In this document: in pieces, positions 12,991-25,599 of the stretch
Position numbering within the stretch: the stretch's first letter is position 1
Layout of the letters: every line of letters starts with the position of its first letter
Source of the DNA: Raillietiella orientalis
Lineage: Eukaryota
Direction: 5' to 3'
NCBI GenBank assembly: GCA_036172245.1
Contig: JAYWIR010000030.1
Location: forward strand, 496,001 to 560,000
Length of the DNA stretch: 64,000 nt
Notes under the pieces: generated by a model
Database searches by the model: none
Told to the model about the DNA's origin: nothing
The model's input: the letters and a program-made list of their open reading frames with translations, nothing else
Translations under genes and position numbers: made by a program

Positions 12991-14040
12991 TCAAAAGAAA
13001 AGCCGAAAAAAGAAAAAAGAACATTTGGGAGGAAAGCAGCGAAAACAAGAACCCAGAGATTTCCATTATCCTTGCTCTTGTCTACCCCTCTTACCCCAGT
13101 GCTGATCTCCCTGAGAAGGGAAGCGTGATCCCGGCAAGGTGGGAAGTGACGTGTCGCATAGCAAAAAAGAGGAAAGTATGGAAGGCGTGGACAACTCGGG
13201 GATTGACGGACGCTGCGACTCCGAGTGTCCCACCCCACGGACATCTACGCCGGGGAGAGCTGCTCGGCATCCCTCCGGAGGAAATGAAGCGGCCCCAGCG
13301 CGCTGGAACAGTGGCGCCCTCTCTCTCAAGTGGCAGGAGTTGGCGTTGCTGTGCATTGGCGGCGGTGCATGGGGAAATCCTGTGCGAAGCACGTCGTCAC
13401 CGCTGGACACGAGGGAGCGTGGACGCTCACTGCGGCTAGTGAGGGGAGAAGGAGGCCCTCCTGCACCTGCTGTTGATCTGTGCTGCCTTCCGGTCCCAAA
13501 GGGATTGCCTCGCGACGATCGTAGCGACCCCGGGGCGGGCGGCTCCAGGGACATTTCCAGACGCGTCTTCGCGCGTGCCGCTCTGCCGCCAGCCGCGTCC
13601 CTTGCAGTTCTCTGCTGTGTTTGCGGGATCACGGTGGCCTGGAACTCCAGAAGAGGTCGAAATGTCAGGGACGCCATCCATTGGGCGCAGATTTCCTGAG
13701 GATCGCCTCGAGATGCCCTCCCCCCCCCACCTGAGCGCTACACAGACGGAACTTGCCAGCATCCTGAACACGATGCAGAGTACTCCTCGCAGAGTACAGT
13801 GATTCCTGCCTCGATCCCCTCCCTCCCCGTATACATTCATCCTCCCCTGTTTTGTGTGTTTATTTTTCGGGGGTTTCCCCTGTCCCCTTCGACACAGTCG
13901 AAGCGGACCTCGCCGGTCTGCGTACCGGTCAGGTTTCGCAGGTTCTAAGCACGTGGTAAAGCCTACGGTTCCTCCACACCAATGTATTTCTATTACCATA
14001 CGTAATTAACTGCCTTGGCATAACCGGGTGATCATCATCC
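12647..14040 (+). repeat. Left arm of a ~1.39-kb near-identical inverted duplication (partner 53781-55173)
   Basis: Reverse complement of 53781-55173 with only about seven visible substitutions or small indels. The ORF track mirrors it (13139-13699+ vs 54123-54683-). Confidence 0.95.
13050..14040 (+). mobile_element. 5'-truncated, decayed L1/Tx1-like LINE 3' fragment (zf-RVT, ORF2 C-terminus, 3' UTR)
   Basis: Across frames reads KWQELALL..HGEILCEARRHRWTRGSVDAHCG**GEKEALLHLLLICAAF...LAVLCCVCGI, a degenerate zf-RVT (CxxC..E..HL..C). Followed by a T-rich 3' UTR with conserved hairpins. Confidence 0.8.
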
Positions 14041-14990
14041 TACTTACGAATCTTCCTTCTCATGTGAACATCTTGCAGAGACCTACCTCGGATCGCTTGT
14101 AAACCACTCTATGATCAGCAAAGGTTTCCAAAGGATAGGCCAAGTGGTTCGAGCCAGTGATAGAAGTGGGCACGTGGCTATTCGTGAGCATCGGTTGCCA
14201 TCACCGCGGTGGGTGGGGTCTTCGTCCCGACGGGCTACAGGTGATACACCGCTGGTCTATGAAGCCTCTGGATTCTGAGCTCGGAAGCTGAAGACGACGG
14301 CGACTGCATGCAGGAGCGCCGGGCATAGAAAACGGGCATGGAGTCAACCACACCGCCGGAGGAGCGTCAGGAAAGACCATCGCTACCAGAAGGACCACGG
14401 AGCCGCTGCACCGCGAGTTGCCTCCCCATCTGCTGGCTCGCGGAACGGTACAGGACTCGCCGACGATCACCGGCTTTCTGGGAGGTTCCAGCCTGGCAAC
14501 AAGCCGTAGGACGCCGATGGCCCTGGAAGATATTGACCAGTCCGGGAAGTGCTCACACACCGAAGAGCAGGATCTCCTCCCGCACCTCGGAACGCCCGGG
14601 AAGTGGGGGTAGGGGCAGTCCCGCAGGTGGCACCTGTAGAGGTGCACTTGTCTACCCGGCTGGACGGGAGAACTCGTGGTCGGGTCACCACTCTGGGCAT
14701 TTTTGTGGGAGACGTGCACACCCTGATGTTCCGCTTCTTGTTGAACATCGCGTAGAGGTGCGGGATGAGCAACCGTGCTCCAGGAGCGACTGCATGGGGT
14801 GTGGGATGCGCTCCTCCTTGCCGGGGACAACGTAAGTAGTGGAGATGCGACTCTCCCCTACCTCATTTCTTCCTCCGTCGCGCTTTTGACGACGCGAGCA
14901 TTCGGCATGAAGTCCATCCCCAGTGAATATCGGCTTCCAGTCATAAGTGTCTCCGGACAGAGGCAACCTAGGAAAAAAAGTCGTTCCTTG

Positions 14991-15029
14991 GAGCGATCCT
15001 CCTCTTCGTCATGAGGAGGAGGATCGCTC
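14991..15029. repeat. Hairpin, 17-bp stem (one G-T pair), 5-nt loop
   Basis: GAGCGATCCTCCTCTTC-GTCAT-GAGGAGGAGGATCGCTC. Confidence 0.85.
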
Positions 15030-17399
15030 GGATGAAGACATCAAAAGTGGAGGTCAAGGGTTCCGTGGACCTGCATCCCCAGCTAGCGATGGATGAAAAA
15101 ATGGATATCCCTCCTGGCACATTCTCTTAGCTCCTTCGCAACGGAGGAGACCCGCCTCCTCTGTTGGGCGGGATGCTTTGGCCGGAATGCGCGGTTCGAG
15201 GACACGCACCTTTGCTGCGGCATCTGCAGCAAGTGCGCTGGTGACCATTTGTGCCGGAGGGAAGTGCAGCTGGGCCGCAGGGGATCGACGGAGAGCGCTC
15301 CCAGGTCGGGACGAAAGCCGAGCGGAAGGTTCAGGAGCGTTGCAGGGTAAGCTCAGGGTTCTGATGAGCTGTGCGGTCGACCCCGCGCTATCCAAGCACT
15401 CACCGCCACGCGGCGCCGCCATCGCCGCGCACCGCGGAGTAGCTGCCGGAGATCGCTACTACCACCCTGCGCGGAGGCGCTTCCGTGTCCAACGCGTCCT
15501 TGCTGCGCGCTGTGCAAGGAGGCCGCGCATCCGTGAAGATGAATCAGATGGTCCGACAATGGAAGGACAGAGCTGTAGCTGCCTTCGCTGCACCCGAAGG
15601 GAGGAGACCCTGCTCGGACCCTGGCTGCGAGTTCGCTCGTTCCGCAGGCGTTTTCTTTCTTTCTTTCTTTCTTTTTGGCTGATGCGGAAGAAGGAAGCTC
15701 ACTTTTCATTTTTATTCGCTCGATTTTCCCTCCCGCCTGCGCCGAGGCCGACGCACACGCCGCGCGGCGTCTCGAGTCCCTCATGCGCCTTCTGTGCTTC
15801 CGACCCTTCCCTCTGCCTCTTCGGCTGCCACTTTGCCCCATCCTTGACGACGACGGTTGAATCCGAGAGATTTCGGAAAGAAATCTCTCGGATCACGGGT
15901 GGGTTCGGTCGATTGCCTGCCTTTCCGCGTGTCTCTTTTTCTATGCCTCCCAGGGAGACGGGAGTCTTCCCTTGACGAACGGATCTGTCCTAAGGGTGGC
16001 TCTGAGGGCGAGGTGACGAGCGGTTGCCGATGCTGGTGAGCCATGGCGCTACTTCTGACTGCGCATCGCAGGATCAGCTCCGAACCAGGGAAGGTTCAGC
16101 ATCTCGCCTCCTCCGCACCGAATAGAAGGAAAGCTGCGCGATGGAGGAGAAGACTTTCTTTCCTCCGTCACCAAGAGCCGAGGCTCTCCCCCTTTCCCCG
16201 AAAGCCGTAGATACTTCCAGCTGGACCTCAGAGTAGAACGCTCAGGGTACGCACGCTCTCTGACGAGTTCTTCCCACTTCCCCAAATGGCGGAGTCAAAG
16301 GCACTGGTCAGAAGGACGCAAGTCCGTTGTGGTCCGTAGGCTGATTTGAACTTGCCTCTGTGCTTTTCCAAGCTTTCGGAAGACCTGGATGCATTTTCCA
16401 GGGTTGCCATAGGAATCATCGGGAAAAGTCCGGGAAGAGATTGACCCCGAGGACGTCTGCCCTCACGGGAAGCATGTCTCTGACAACATATCCTCAGGAC
16501 GGCTCCTGAGCAAGCACAAGAAATGCCCTCTCTTCCTTCCCATCACCGCTGCTAGTTGCTGCAGGCGTCCATCGACCGCGGATGCTGTTGCTCAAAGGAG
16601 AGGAGCTGCTCCCTTGGACTTGGATTGTCCTGGAAGCGAAACTCAGAGGCATTTCCAGAGAAGTTCAAAGGGTCTTCGAACTTTTCATCCCTACTTCACG
16701 GTGCTGCCGGAAATGCTTTGCTTCCATTCCGATGGAAGAGGCCACTTCTTGTGTCTTCTTGGAACAGGGTCGGCAAGGTCTCTCCGATTCCCGAAATTTA
16801 GAATGGAAGATTTTTTTTTTTCGAAAAGTAGAAGGGAGCAGTCTTTCCACGAGACTCGGAAGGATTCAGAGTGTACAGCAAATTGACTGGTGCTGGTTGG
16901 CCGATCGCCGCGGTAGCGTGGCACGTGCGGACGCGCACCACCAAGACAAGCGTCGTCGTGGACGCCGCACAGATGTTGATGCGCTCCAAGCAAGAGTGGT
17001 TCGGATCCAAGTCCTCGCAGCTTCCAAGACGAGTGGCAAATGCATGCCTTTGTGGTAGTGACTTGGACGAATGTCTTTTCATAATGAGGATGAGGACGTG
17101 CAGATCTCAGAAGAGGGGTAGCCAGCACACGGCACAGCTGGTGCTTGAGAGGATCAAGCTGTTCTGCAGCGCGCGTGCAGGAGATGCCCAGAATCCATCT
17201 TATGGAGACACTCGTATCTGCTACTTGCAGCTGCTTCGGGCCATCAACATCTCCGGACCGAAACGTGTTGGAAATTACCCGGCACGTGATGCGACAGCCT
17301 CAAGAACTCGACTCGCCGGCAGAAGCAAATCTGGGGAGACTCGTGTGCGCTGACAAGCCCGAGAAGTTTCCCAGGTCCCGGGTTCGTTCGCTGAAGAAC

Positions 17400-18150
17400 C
17401 GCTCGCCCCCTTGAGAGGAGCTCGAAAAGCTCTTTGACGCCGTGTGCGCCACCTCGGTGTGCGTGTAACGCCTCCATTTGGGCGGTAACCCCGGAGGGAC
17501 CACCCTTTGAATCCAGGAAGGCTCCGAAAGAAGGAGCACGTTCCTACTACGCTTACTAGGGGAACTCCGAAAGGAACCTATTCCTTGTTCTCTCCGGAGT
17601 GATCCCTTCCGGTGGAGGCCACTCTTCATTGCTCCTTCAGAGGAGACCCGCAAAGGAACCGCTCCTCTTTTCTTCCTCTGAATAGAGTCCCAAAGGGACG
17701 CTTCCCAATTCCCCTGAAGGACTCTTTCCGAAGAGAGAAGTGAGCTTCTTGACACTCTGGAGACAGACATCAACCAGTTCCATGGCACGAGATGGACGGC
17801 TCCGTTCACACAACCAGAGGGGAACCCCGAAGGGCTCCTTGATTCCTGGAAGGATCCCGGAAGATCAACTTTTAAACGCAGTCAGTCAACGCAGGAATCC
17901 GGTTCCCGGTTTCCACCAGTGACTGCAACCAAATAGGCCAGCCAGCGTCATCTTGCGGGGGAGCCTCAAAGCCCACGACGAACCCCCCATTCTCGGCGTT
18001 GATGCTCCACTCGGGGATTCGAACCCGCATCAATTGGTGCCACGAGAGGAGGCCACGGCCGCCAAAGCGGACCAGGCATGTTGGCCAGGTCAGATGACGA
18101 TTCATGAACATCTGGATCGTCGGTTGCCAAGGTTCCCGTCGCACGAGAGA
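17400..18150 (+). mobile_element. Degenerate L1/Tx1-like ORF2 C-terminal fragment (array-bearing subfamily)
   Basis: Tandem array at 17484-17740, then INQFHGTRW...EGLLDSWKD, then FSALMLHSGIRTRINWCHER and a degenerate zf-RVT (..NIWIVGCQG). Confidence 0.65.
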
Positions 18151-18489
18151 GTAGCGGATGTTCGAACATGGAGATCTAAAAACGGGCTGGCGATTTCATC
18201 CTGATGAAGAGTTTGTGGTCTCTCCAGAAGATCCAGTTCCATAGCGCATTGCTTCGCTGATTGAGGACGGCAGTGGAAGGGAGCGAAGAACTGATTCGCT
18301 GCAAGCAGTTCATCCCTGACGTGGACTCCCTCCTCCGTTCGGATCTGGCGTTTCTCAAGGGAAAGAGAATGTCCATCCTGGATGCTGACAGCCCCATTCG
18401 AGAGAACCCCTGCTGACGCGTTCCGGTAAGAAACAAGACCCTGTGCAAAGACATCGCTGCCTCGCTGCTTTTGCTCCTGCTGCACAACC

Positions 18490-18895
18490 TACGCCGGAGA
18501 ACTGGATTCGGCTGCCCCTGAGGCATCTGTCCTCTCTAATGCCAACCCATCCGTGGATCTTCTGACGTCCAATAAACTGGAATTCCTGGCATCAGGAGGC
18601 TCTGGGGTTCTGGGTTGACACTTTGGAAGTACGCCCTCAGGAACTGCGACCGCTACAGAGTCTCCTGCGCAAACCGCTGGGACGTCTACAGGATTGAACA
18701 CAGTGGTCCCGGATAGCCGTCACACCCCTTGTCGCAGTGCTGTTTGTCCTCGGGGCGAGCAATGACAGCAGCCAACCGGTGGGGCAGGAGTTCTCCCACA
18801 AAAATGCTGAACTCGAAAACTTCCTGGCCGGCTGCAAGACGAGAGAGTAGGTGAACGCCGCCACTCACCGTTTCCGGGCAAAGGGAATCCTTCAA
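18490..18895 (-). mobile_element. Probable non-LTR ORF1 remnant
   Basis: ...FSIFVGELLPHRLAAVIARPEDKQHCDKGCDGYPGPLCS resembles a degenerate zinc knuckle, followed by a low-complexity linker. Confidence 0.3.
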
Positions 18896-18909
18896 TCGAG
18901 TAAACTGCT

Positions 18910-20720
18910 TGGTTTAACATCCGGTAACGCCGAGGCGTTCATTATAAAAATGATCAATATACATGTGTAGGGCCTTCGGCCCTACATCGTCCGAAATGTT
19001 CGGAACCTGCCGAGTAATCGGCACGCAAGCCGGCGAGGTTCGCCTTGGCAGTGGAGGGGGAAGGGGAAAACAAAAATAAAAATCAATAATGAAAAAAACT
19101 CTTGGGGGTATGGGAAGAGATCACTGTCCACTGAGGGTGTTCTCTCCATCCATTCCAGGGGTCCGGCAAGTTCCATCTGAGTATGTCCCAGGTAGGGTCA
19201 TCTGGCTGCCGTCCTCATGGAGCTCAGGGCGAAATAGGTGGCGTCTCTATCGCGCCGTCCTCCTCTCGCGTAGGTCCACAATCCCGCGTAGGCAGCAAAG
19301 AGATGCTGAGGATGCGCCAGGCGAAAGGACGTCGCGAACGGAGAGGTGATTCATCACGTTCCTGGAATTTACTGTCTGTGCACCAAGGGCCGTTGTGTAA
19401 CGCAACCATACGGACCGGAGGACAACACAGTCTAGAATCAGGTGTGGGAGGTCCTCCCGCACCAGCAACAGTTGGGGTTCACAGCCTCCCGGGTCCAGTG
19501 AGACCGACAGGTGTTGCAAAGGATACCCTAGTGCATCAGGGCCGACTCCTGCCACTTCAATGGGAGGGTGTGCCTATCCAAAAACGCTGAAAGCAACTGC
19601 AGATCTTCCACCGGAACTCCCAGTAGCTCGCCTTAGTGCAATAGCCCTCTTGATGATGCACTTGGGATCGCAGAGTCAGTGAGCTGACCCGTGGTCCAAC
19701 CACCTAATTCCTCCGTCCGAAGACCTATTTCGCAACTGACCTCCCATCTGACCGGCTGGTTACTGCCCAGGTGCTCCCTGAGGGAGGGCAGCGCCGCGAC
19801 AAAGGAGGTTCTTTGCGCCCACGCACACGTGGTGGGCTGCACGATGACATCTTGCAGTGGGCGGTTGTAGGAGTGCAGTAGTCGCTGTCGCATCTCCGAA
19901 CTCGCTTCGTTGTTTTTGGCCCATGTGCGAAAGGTTTCCTGCAATCAGGCACTACCATTCGCGGTCCGGCAGAAGATCCAGTTGTTGGTCCTGGTCAGCT
20001 TGACCACTCGCCGGAGCATCAGTCAGCAGCAGACCCATTGTGTCTGCGCCGCCGTGCCAGAAACGAAGACAATCCAGCGTAGCCGGTAGCTCGCTTGACC
20101 GGGTATCGTGAGGGTTCGCACCACTTTGTTCTCCAAAACTTCGCCACTAGGGCAAGCATCTTCCACTGGAGCTACCGCTCCAGGAGCTCCAGCTCTCAGA
20201 AGGCCGAGGCCTCCATCGCGACGCGGAGCGCACAAGTCCTTCAGGTGGACTCGGGGTCTACCTGTGCCCCACAGGGCGATTCTCAGGAGGTTCTTCTTCC
20301 GCGTTTTAATGCTACTTCGTGGGGGGTAAATAAAAAGCGGAACGCAAGCGAGAGGTTGGCCGCAAACGTGTTCAACACCGCGGCCCGTTCCGGAAAGAGA
20401 AACTTGCCATCCCGGAACGGGCCGATCGCCAAATATAGCTTCTGGAGGCAGCTTGACCACGCCTTCGCCAGAGAATAGTACTCCAACGGTATACCTCAGG
20501 CGCCCCTAAGTGGATCCAGTCCAGCTGTCCTGACCACGCCGAACCGACTGCCACGCACAATTTCGCCCTGCACACCTCCAGTCCGGCTTAACAGCTCGAA
20601 GAAATCTTTGAGCGCCAACGCTGGGGTGGTCATGGGGAGCAGCAGCAAAAGATCGTCTGCATACACCGACACGGCACGCGTGCCCGGACTTCTCGGAAGC
20701 CGGCCGACATGTTGGTGGTT
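18910..20720 (-). mobile_element. Decayed L1/Tx1-like LINE: RT C-terminal half, zf-RVT and 3' UTR
   Basis: VSVYADDLLLLL (YADD at 20652-20663). ALWGTGRPRVHLKDLCAPRRDGGLGL (~20200-20280) is typical of L1/Tx1 ORF2. zf-RVT EDLPHLILDCVVLRSVW at ~19400-19460. Multiple frameshifts and stops; hairpin-rich tail at 18910-19040. Confidence 0.85.
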
Positions 20721-20959
20721 ATCCCGAAACAACTTTTTTTGGGGGGATGGAGGGGGGGCTTCCTCGTTCTTGAGGGGTTTTCCCTCCTCTTCCTTGTAGT
20801 TTGTTTTGTTTTTTTCAGAATAAACATCCCAGCGCAACGGAGCGCAAACTCTGCTGTCGACGGAGGATATTTACAAGGGCGTACGAGATCCTGGTGTTTG
20901 GCTCTCTAGGGCCTGAGATCCTAAGGGTGAAGAGGAAATGAGAGGACTGTAGACCCAGA

Positions 20960-21290
20960 AAATGCAGTCTGACAAAATAAGGTGCCTGATGGTTGTCTTC
21001 AACATGGCCGCGCTGACTTCCTCAACTCAGCAGTGTCCATTCGAGTGGCGCCTACAAGAAGCAGCAGTGCAGATCGCATGCGCAGAAGACGCTCGGTGCA
21101 AGAAGAGCCACACGCGCATCACCAAGAAGAACGGCCATCCGTTCAACCGGAAGAAGGGATCGGCTACCCGGTCAAGGTGGGAGCTAGAGGCGTCCAGGCA
21201 GCTCAGCACCAATATGGCCACGATGTGTGCGGCACTCACAGATCCGGACATCTCGCAATGAAGGAAGCTCCCAAAGCCCCGACGACCAGG
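20960..21290 (+). mobile_element. Degenerate non-LTR ORF1 remnant
   Basis: IGYPVKVGARGVQAAQHQYGHDVCGTHRSGHLAMKEAPK is zinc-knuckle-like. Paralogous to 11740-11860. Confidence 0.35.
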
Positions 21291-24200
21291 AAGAACTGGT
21301 GCCGACCGATGAAACATGTGAACGGAGGATCTTAGGGAGCGATACCACCAACGATCTCGTGTGGGCAGGACAAGAAGATGGGCCGGATAGGGAGCTGGAG
21401 ATGAAGAAAGTAGCAAAGTGCACGGTCCAGGTCAGGAGGCCCGGTGCCCACTTCCGCGTCGGAAACACCCTGGAAAAAGGTCCTCCTCGTTTACCTGAGA
21501 AGGTGCGGAGACTGGATTTGCCGCCAAGGAGCTCAGAATCTGGTGACCCAAGGTTAAAGGGGCGGGCAAAACGGTGGGAGGCGGCCTGCCTGGAACCGAG
21601 TTCCAGGCAGGCTTCTGGGAGTCAGTCTGACCGTGATGCAGGCGGAAACGTGGCACTCCGGAAGAAGGATCGGGCACATGGTCCACGAACACGAGCTCTC
21701 TCTTTCGCAAGGTCGCCGACCGCGCTCCAAGAGGCGCGACGAAGGTGACTGCTCTCGCCTCCCTCCTCCTCCGGGAAGCAAGGACCCAGTTTCCCTGATG
21801 GGTTGGAGCGGCGAGGTCCCACAAGGACTTATTCAGACCGCACGGGAAGCTCGAAGCGGAGCGCCCCAAGAAACCTGGTAGGATCGGCAGCAGCTGCTTG
21901 GTGCACCAAGCAGCCCCTTCTGCATCCGGAGGGAGCGGAGCGGAGGCTTCCCGGAAACGTCACCTCGCCGAGGGAATGCGTGGAGAAAATGGCGGAAGAG
22001 ACGTTCGAAGCACCGGTTACGGGACAGGTCCCAAGCCCTGTCCTCGATCGGGCGGTGGAGCCGGCACTATCCGACCGTCCGGTGGCTGCGACGCTGCACC
22101 CTCCTCCGTTCGCTGCGTCGATCCTCCCGTGCTCCTCCGGATCAAAGGGAGGGGGATGAGCGATAAGGAGGAAGAGGAAGAAGAGGAAGAGGAGGTTCTT
22201 TTTCCCGCGGCGGCTCTGGAGAGCGGCTCTTCCATCGCGGCAATTCGGCCGGTCCGCATGCACGCAAGTGTGCCACGCGGGCGCATCCGAAGGAGAAGAG
22301 AACTGCCGTCGCGCGCGCCACACACAGGCGTGTGAGAGCTAAATGGAGCGGTCGCAGAGGAGAGCAGGGACTCCCACTCCCCGAAGAGACGAGGGAGAAG
22401 GGAAAGCCGCGTCGTGCGTGGGAAAAACCAGGGGAGTGAAGGGAGACGTGGTTTGCTGCCGGGATGGCGCTCAGACTCGTATCCCGGAAGGGTAGGGAGG
22501 TCTCCTAGGCAGACGAGGAGGTGGGGAGGGAGGGGGAGCGCTTTGGGACCGGTGTACGGAGGCGTCTCTCCTGGGCGACCTCGTGAACCCGGAAGTAAAT
22601 TTCCTTTCTTCCCGCAGGAGAAAACGTGCTCCAGCTGATCTCGTTTCGGACGGCGAAGCCCCGGTGGCGATCCGGCGCGCACATTCTTGCCGGCCACCTC
22701 ACCCGCGATGCTGCCCGCCGGGGTGGAGCGTCCACGTTCTCGCTGGGGACTTTGGATGGTGGGTGGTTGGAGGGAAGGGGGAGTTTCAGCAGATCCTGTG
22801 CCAGATGACCTCCCCCTACACGTATTGCCGGATGAGAACGGGAAAAATGGATGCCAAGATCCACCAGATGGTGCTGGAAAATGGACGCCATCTGCATGAG
22901 AATACACAGCACTCGCAACCTCCCCCGCGTTACCCCAAGAGCGCTGCCGCGTGCGTTTCCACAGCAACCGCCCCCAGTGCACTAGGATTGGCTCCGGAAG
23001 AAGCACGGCATGGTGGACAAACACAAAACCACTACCATTCCGAGTCCGTTCGTCCCCAGTCTCGGCCCCTCCCCACAATCTTCCCTGGAACCCTCCTCTC
23101 TTTCCAGAGAGAGCATACCAGGAGGTGCGTGTATGCCACGGGCCCGTATCTCCGGTCAGCCTCCCGCCTGCGCTCCACCGACAGCCACTCTTGACTGTTC
23201 TCAGACGCGACACGACGCGTGCCTACCCGCCGGGGGTGACAGAGAGGGCTTTTTCGGGTCGCTGGCCGAAGAATCACGCGCGCGCGCCCGAAGGATCGGG
23301 TGACCATCGCGTCTTTTGATTTGGCGCGCTCATCCTTCTTCTCTTAATACTTTCTCTCCCCTCGCCAGAGCATCCCTGCTTCCTCCGCAAGTAGGCCGAG
23401 GTAACCAAAGCCGCGTCCGAGATGACCTGCCGCGTGCAGATGCGTGGGAACGTAGGTCGAACGGCGGAGTCGAAAAAAGGGCAGCGAGTTGAGCGAGTCG
23501 GCCTGCCGTCCCTTCGCCGCAGTGGAGCCCTCTGCTGCCAAGGCACATGACGCTGCCCTAATGATGAAATGGGACTTCTCCCCAGGAAACCTCAGGAAAA
23601 GGGAAGCCCCTTCGGGGCTGGACTGTGCGCCGGCTTTCTGACGTAGCACCGCCAGAGGCCCCTTCTGGAGGACTCCTCCAATGGACTGACGTCTTCGGTG
23701 TCCCGTCGGACGAGCTGGAAATGCCCCTTCCCAAGTCACAGCCGTCGGCGCTGCTGATGCTGCTGTAACAGGACCTCCCTCACGATGCACGTCGGTGCCA
23801 CCGTTGCCCGGTGGCGCTGGGTCATCCCTTTCCTAACGGGAAACCCAAACGAACAGAGTAGGTCCTCCTTTGATCCCTACGGAACTGTCCGAGTTCCTGG
23901 AGAGTGGTTGAACCACCGATTCGCAGGTCGGCTACACAAAAGGACAGGGACGGAAACGAGTAGATAAGGGAGGGAAGGGATCCGAGTCGCATCCTGCCAC
24001 AGCCTCTGCAGTCTGCCTGCAATGCAGGCATCCTCCTCCTCCGCTGGTTGTTGCACTTGAGTCCATCCAGCCACATCTCTCAACCGCGGAGGGTGAAAGG
24101 AGTGCCTCCTGTGTGCACTGGGATGCCATGGTCCTCCTGACGCGACGCAGGATTGGGTGTAACGAGCGTCTGCGTGAAACTGCGCTCCAGGCACCCATTG

Positions 24201-24379
24201 AGTGGCCACAGAGCTGAGCGGAGAGCATCCCCGAGGCATCTCCAAACCCTAAGAAGAGTACTACAGTGCAGAATCAGTGGGCAATCGCGCCCGCTTTCCC
24301 GCACCTGGGTCCTCGGGCACTACCGGACGAAGGGCAGTGTTTCGCCTGGACCACACATCCCAGCTGCCTACCGGCAAGG

Positions 24380-25230
24380 TGGGAGGTCGCCTGCACCATC
24401 GCAGGAGCAACCCGACCCATAGGCGGCTGGAGGACTTGAGAGCTGGCAGACGCTGCCATGCCTCCCAACATCGCGAAGGGACTCCTTCGGAGGAGCTAAC
24501 ATTTGAGTGTGCCCCCGAAGAACTTGTGGTCCCTCCCTCCTGCTTGAACATTTCTGTGTTTCCTTTGAGCTGGAAACAGGACGTCATCATGCTGGTGCAT
24601 TGGGGTTTTCACTCCAACCAGCGGACGAACCGTGTTTCTGGGGGATTTGTCTCCCCGAACTGTAAGCGATGCGGGGAAGTGGAAACGCTCCCGCACCTGC
24701 TCTTGGACTGCGGTGCCCTCCAAGGACTGTGGCGGAGGCTGGCCTCAGCTCTCCTGCTCCAGGGGGACACCGCAAGAGACTTGATGCGCTGCTTCTTCGC
24801 GCCAGTGGTGGCCTGTCCTTAGGTGCTGTTATTGCAACGGTCTGTTGCACCCGCGCCATCGACAAGGCCCACCGAGAGCTGGAGAAGCTGGTGATTCGCC
24901 GTCAGGCCACCAGAATAGCCGGCATGAACATGGTGTCAGCTGCCGAGTGGGCCCATCTTCCAGAGGGTGTTAGGAGCGAGATCACCGGCATCCATAGCCG
25001 GTTCTGAAGGAAAGGAACGGCCAAACCAAAGACCCCTGTCCCCTATCCTCCCCATGTCTTTATTTCTATTTTTATATGTGTATTTGTGGTCCCCTCTCTT
25101 CCCGTTCCGGACTTTCGGTTTACCGACCTGCGTGTCGGGGATCCCCCCCTTCGTTTCTTCTGTGTCCTTTGTCCGGGAACTCTGTTCCTGGATAGTTTAC
25201 AAATAAACGCCCCGGCGCACCCGGGTGGGA
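24380..25230 (+). mobile_element. L1/Tx1-like LINE 3' fragment (zf-RVT, C-terminus, 3' UTR)
   Basis: WKQDVIMLVHWGFHSNQRTNRVSGGFVSPNCKRCGEVETLPHLLLDCGALQGLW is an intact zf-RVT motif, then a frameshift into GAVIATVCCTRAI. Tail has the CTGCGT hairpin and AATAAAC. Confidence 0.85.
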
Positions 25231-25599
25231 AGCCACATATCCCGTCTGCCAGTGCGGTGTGTGGGACCTCTCCACCCTGGTGTGCAGCCCCACGGGTGTC
25301 CTCCACCTTTTCTTCGTGCAGAGTGCTATGCCGCTTGCCACCGCAATCGCAGCGCTCAGCTGCCTACGCCTTCGCCTGGTGGCACCGAGGCACCTATTAA
25401 GTAGAGACAGCCAACTTGGGGACCGAGTTCCCCGGGGCAGCGAAACGTTCATGGAGAGAGATCGCCGATACGCAGATCGGTCGCCGGGGAGGTCCGGAGC
25501 GGAAGGGAGGGGCGATGAATGAGCAGAAAGGGAGGGTAAGGACAGAGAAGGGAGTTATGGTCAGGATCTCTCCGTTCTTCCCGGAACCGTCGCAGAATG

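Noticed and set aside
17484..17740. CRISPR-like array (~40-bp periodicity)
   Set aside because: Units are diverged tandem copies without identical repeats or unique spacers. Eukaryotic context and no cas genes.
18150..18210. Penelope-like RT motif (EIASPFLDLHV, minus strand)
   Set aside because: Isolated short match with no neighbouring RT or GIY-YIG motifs.
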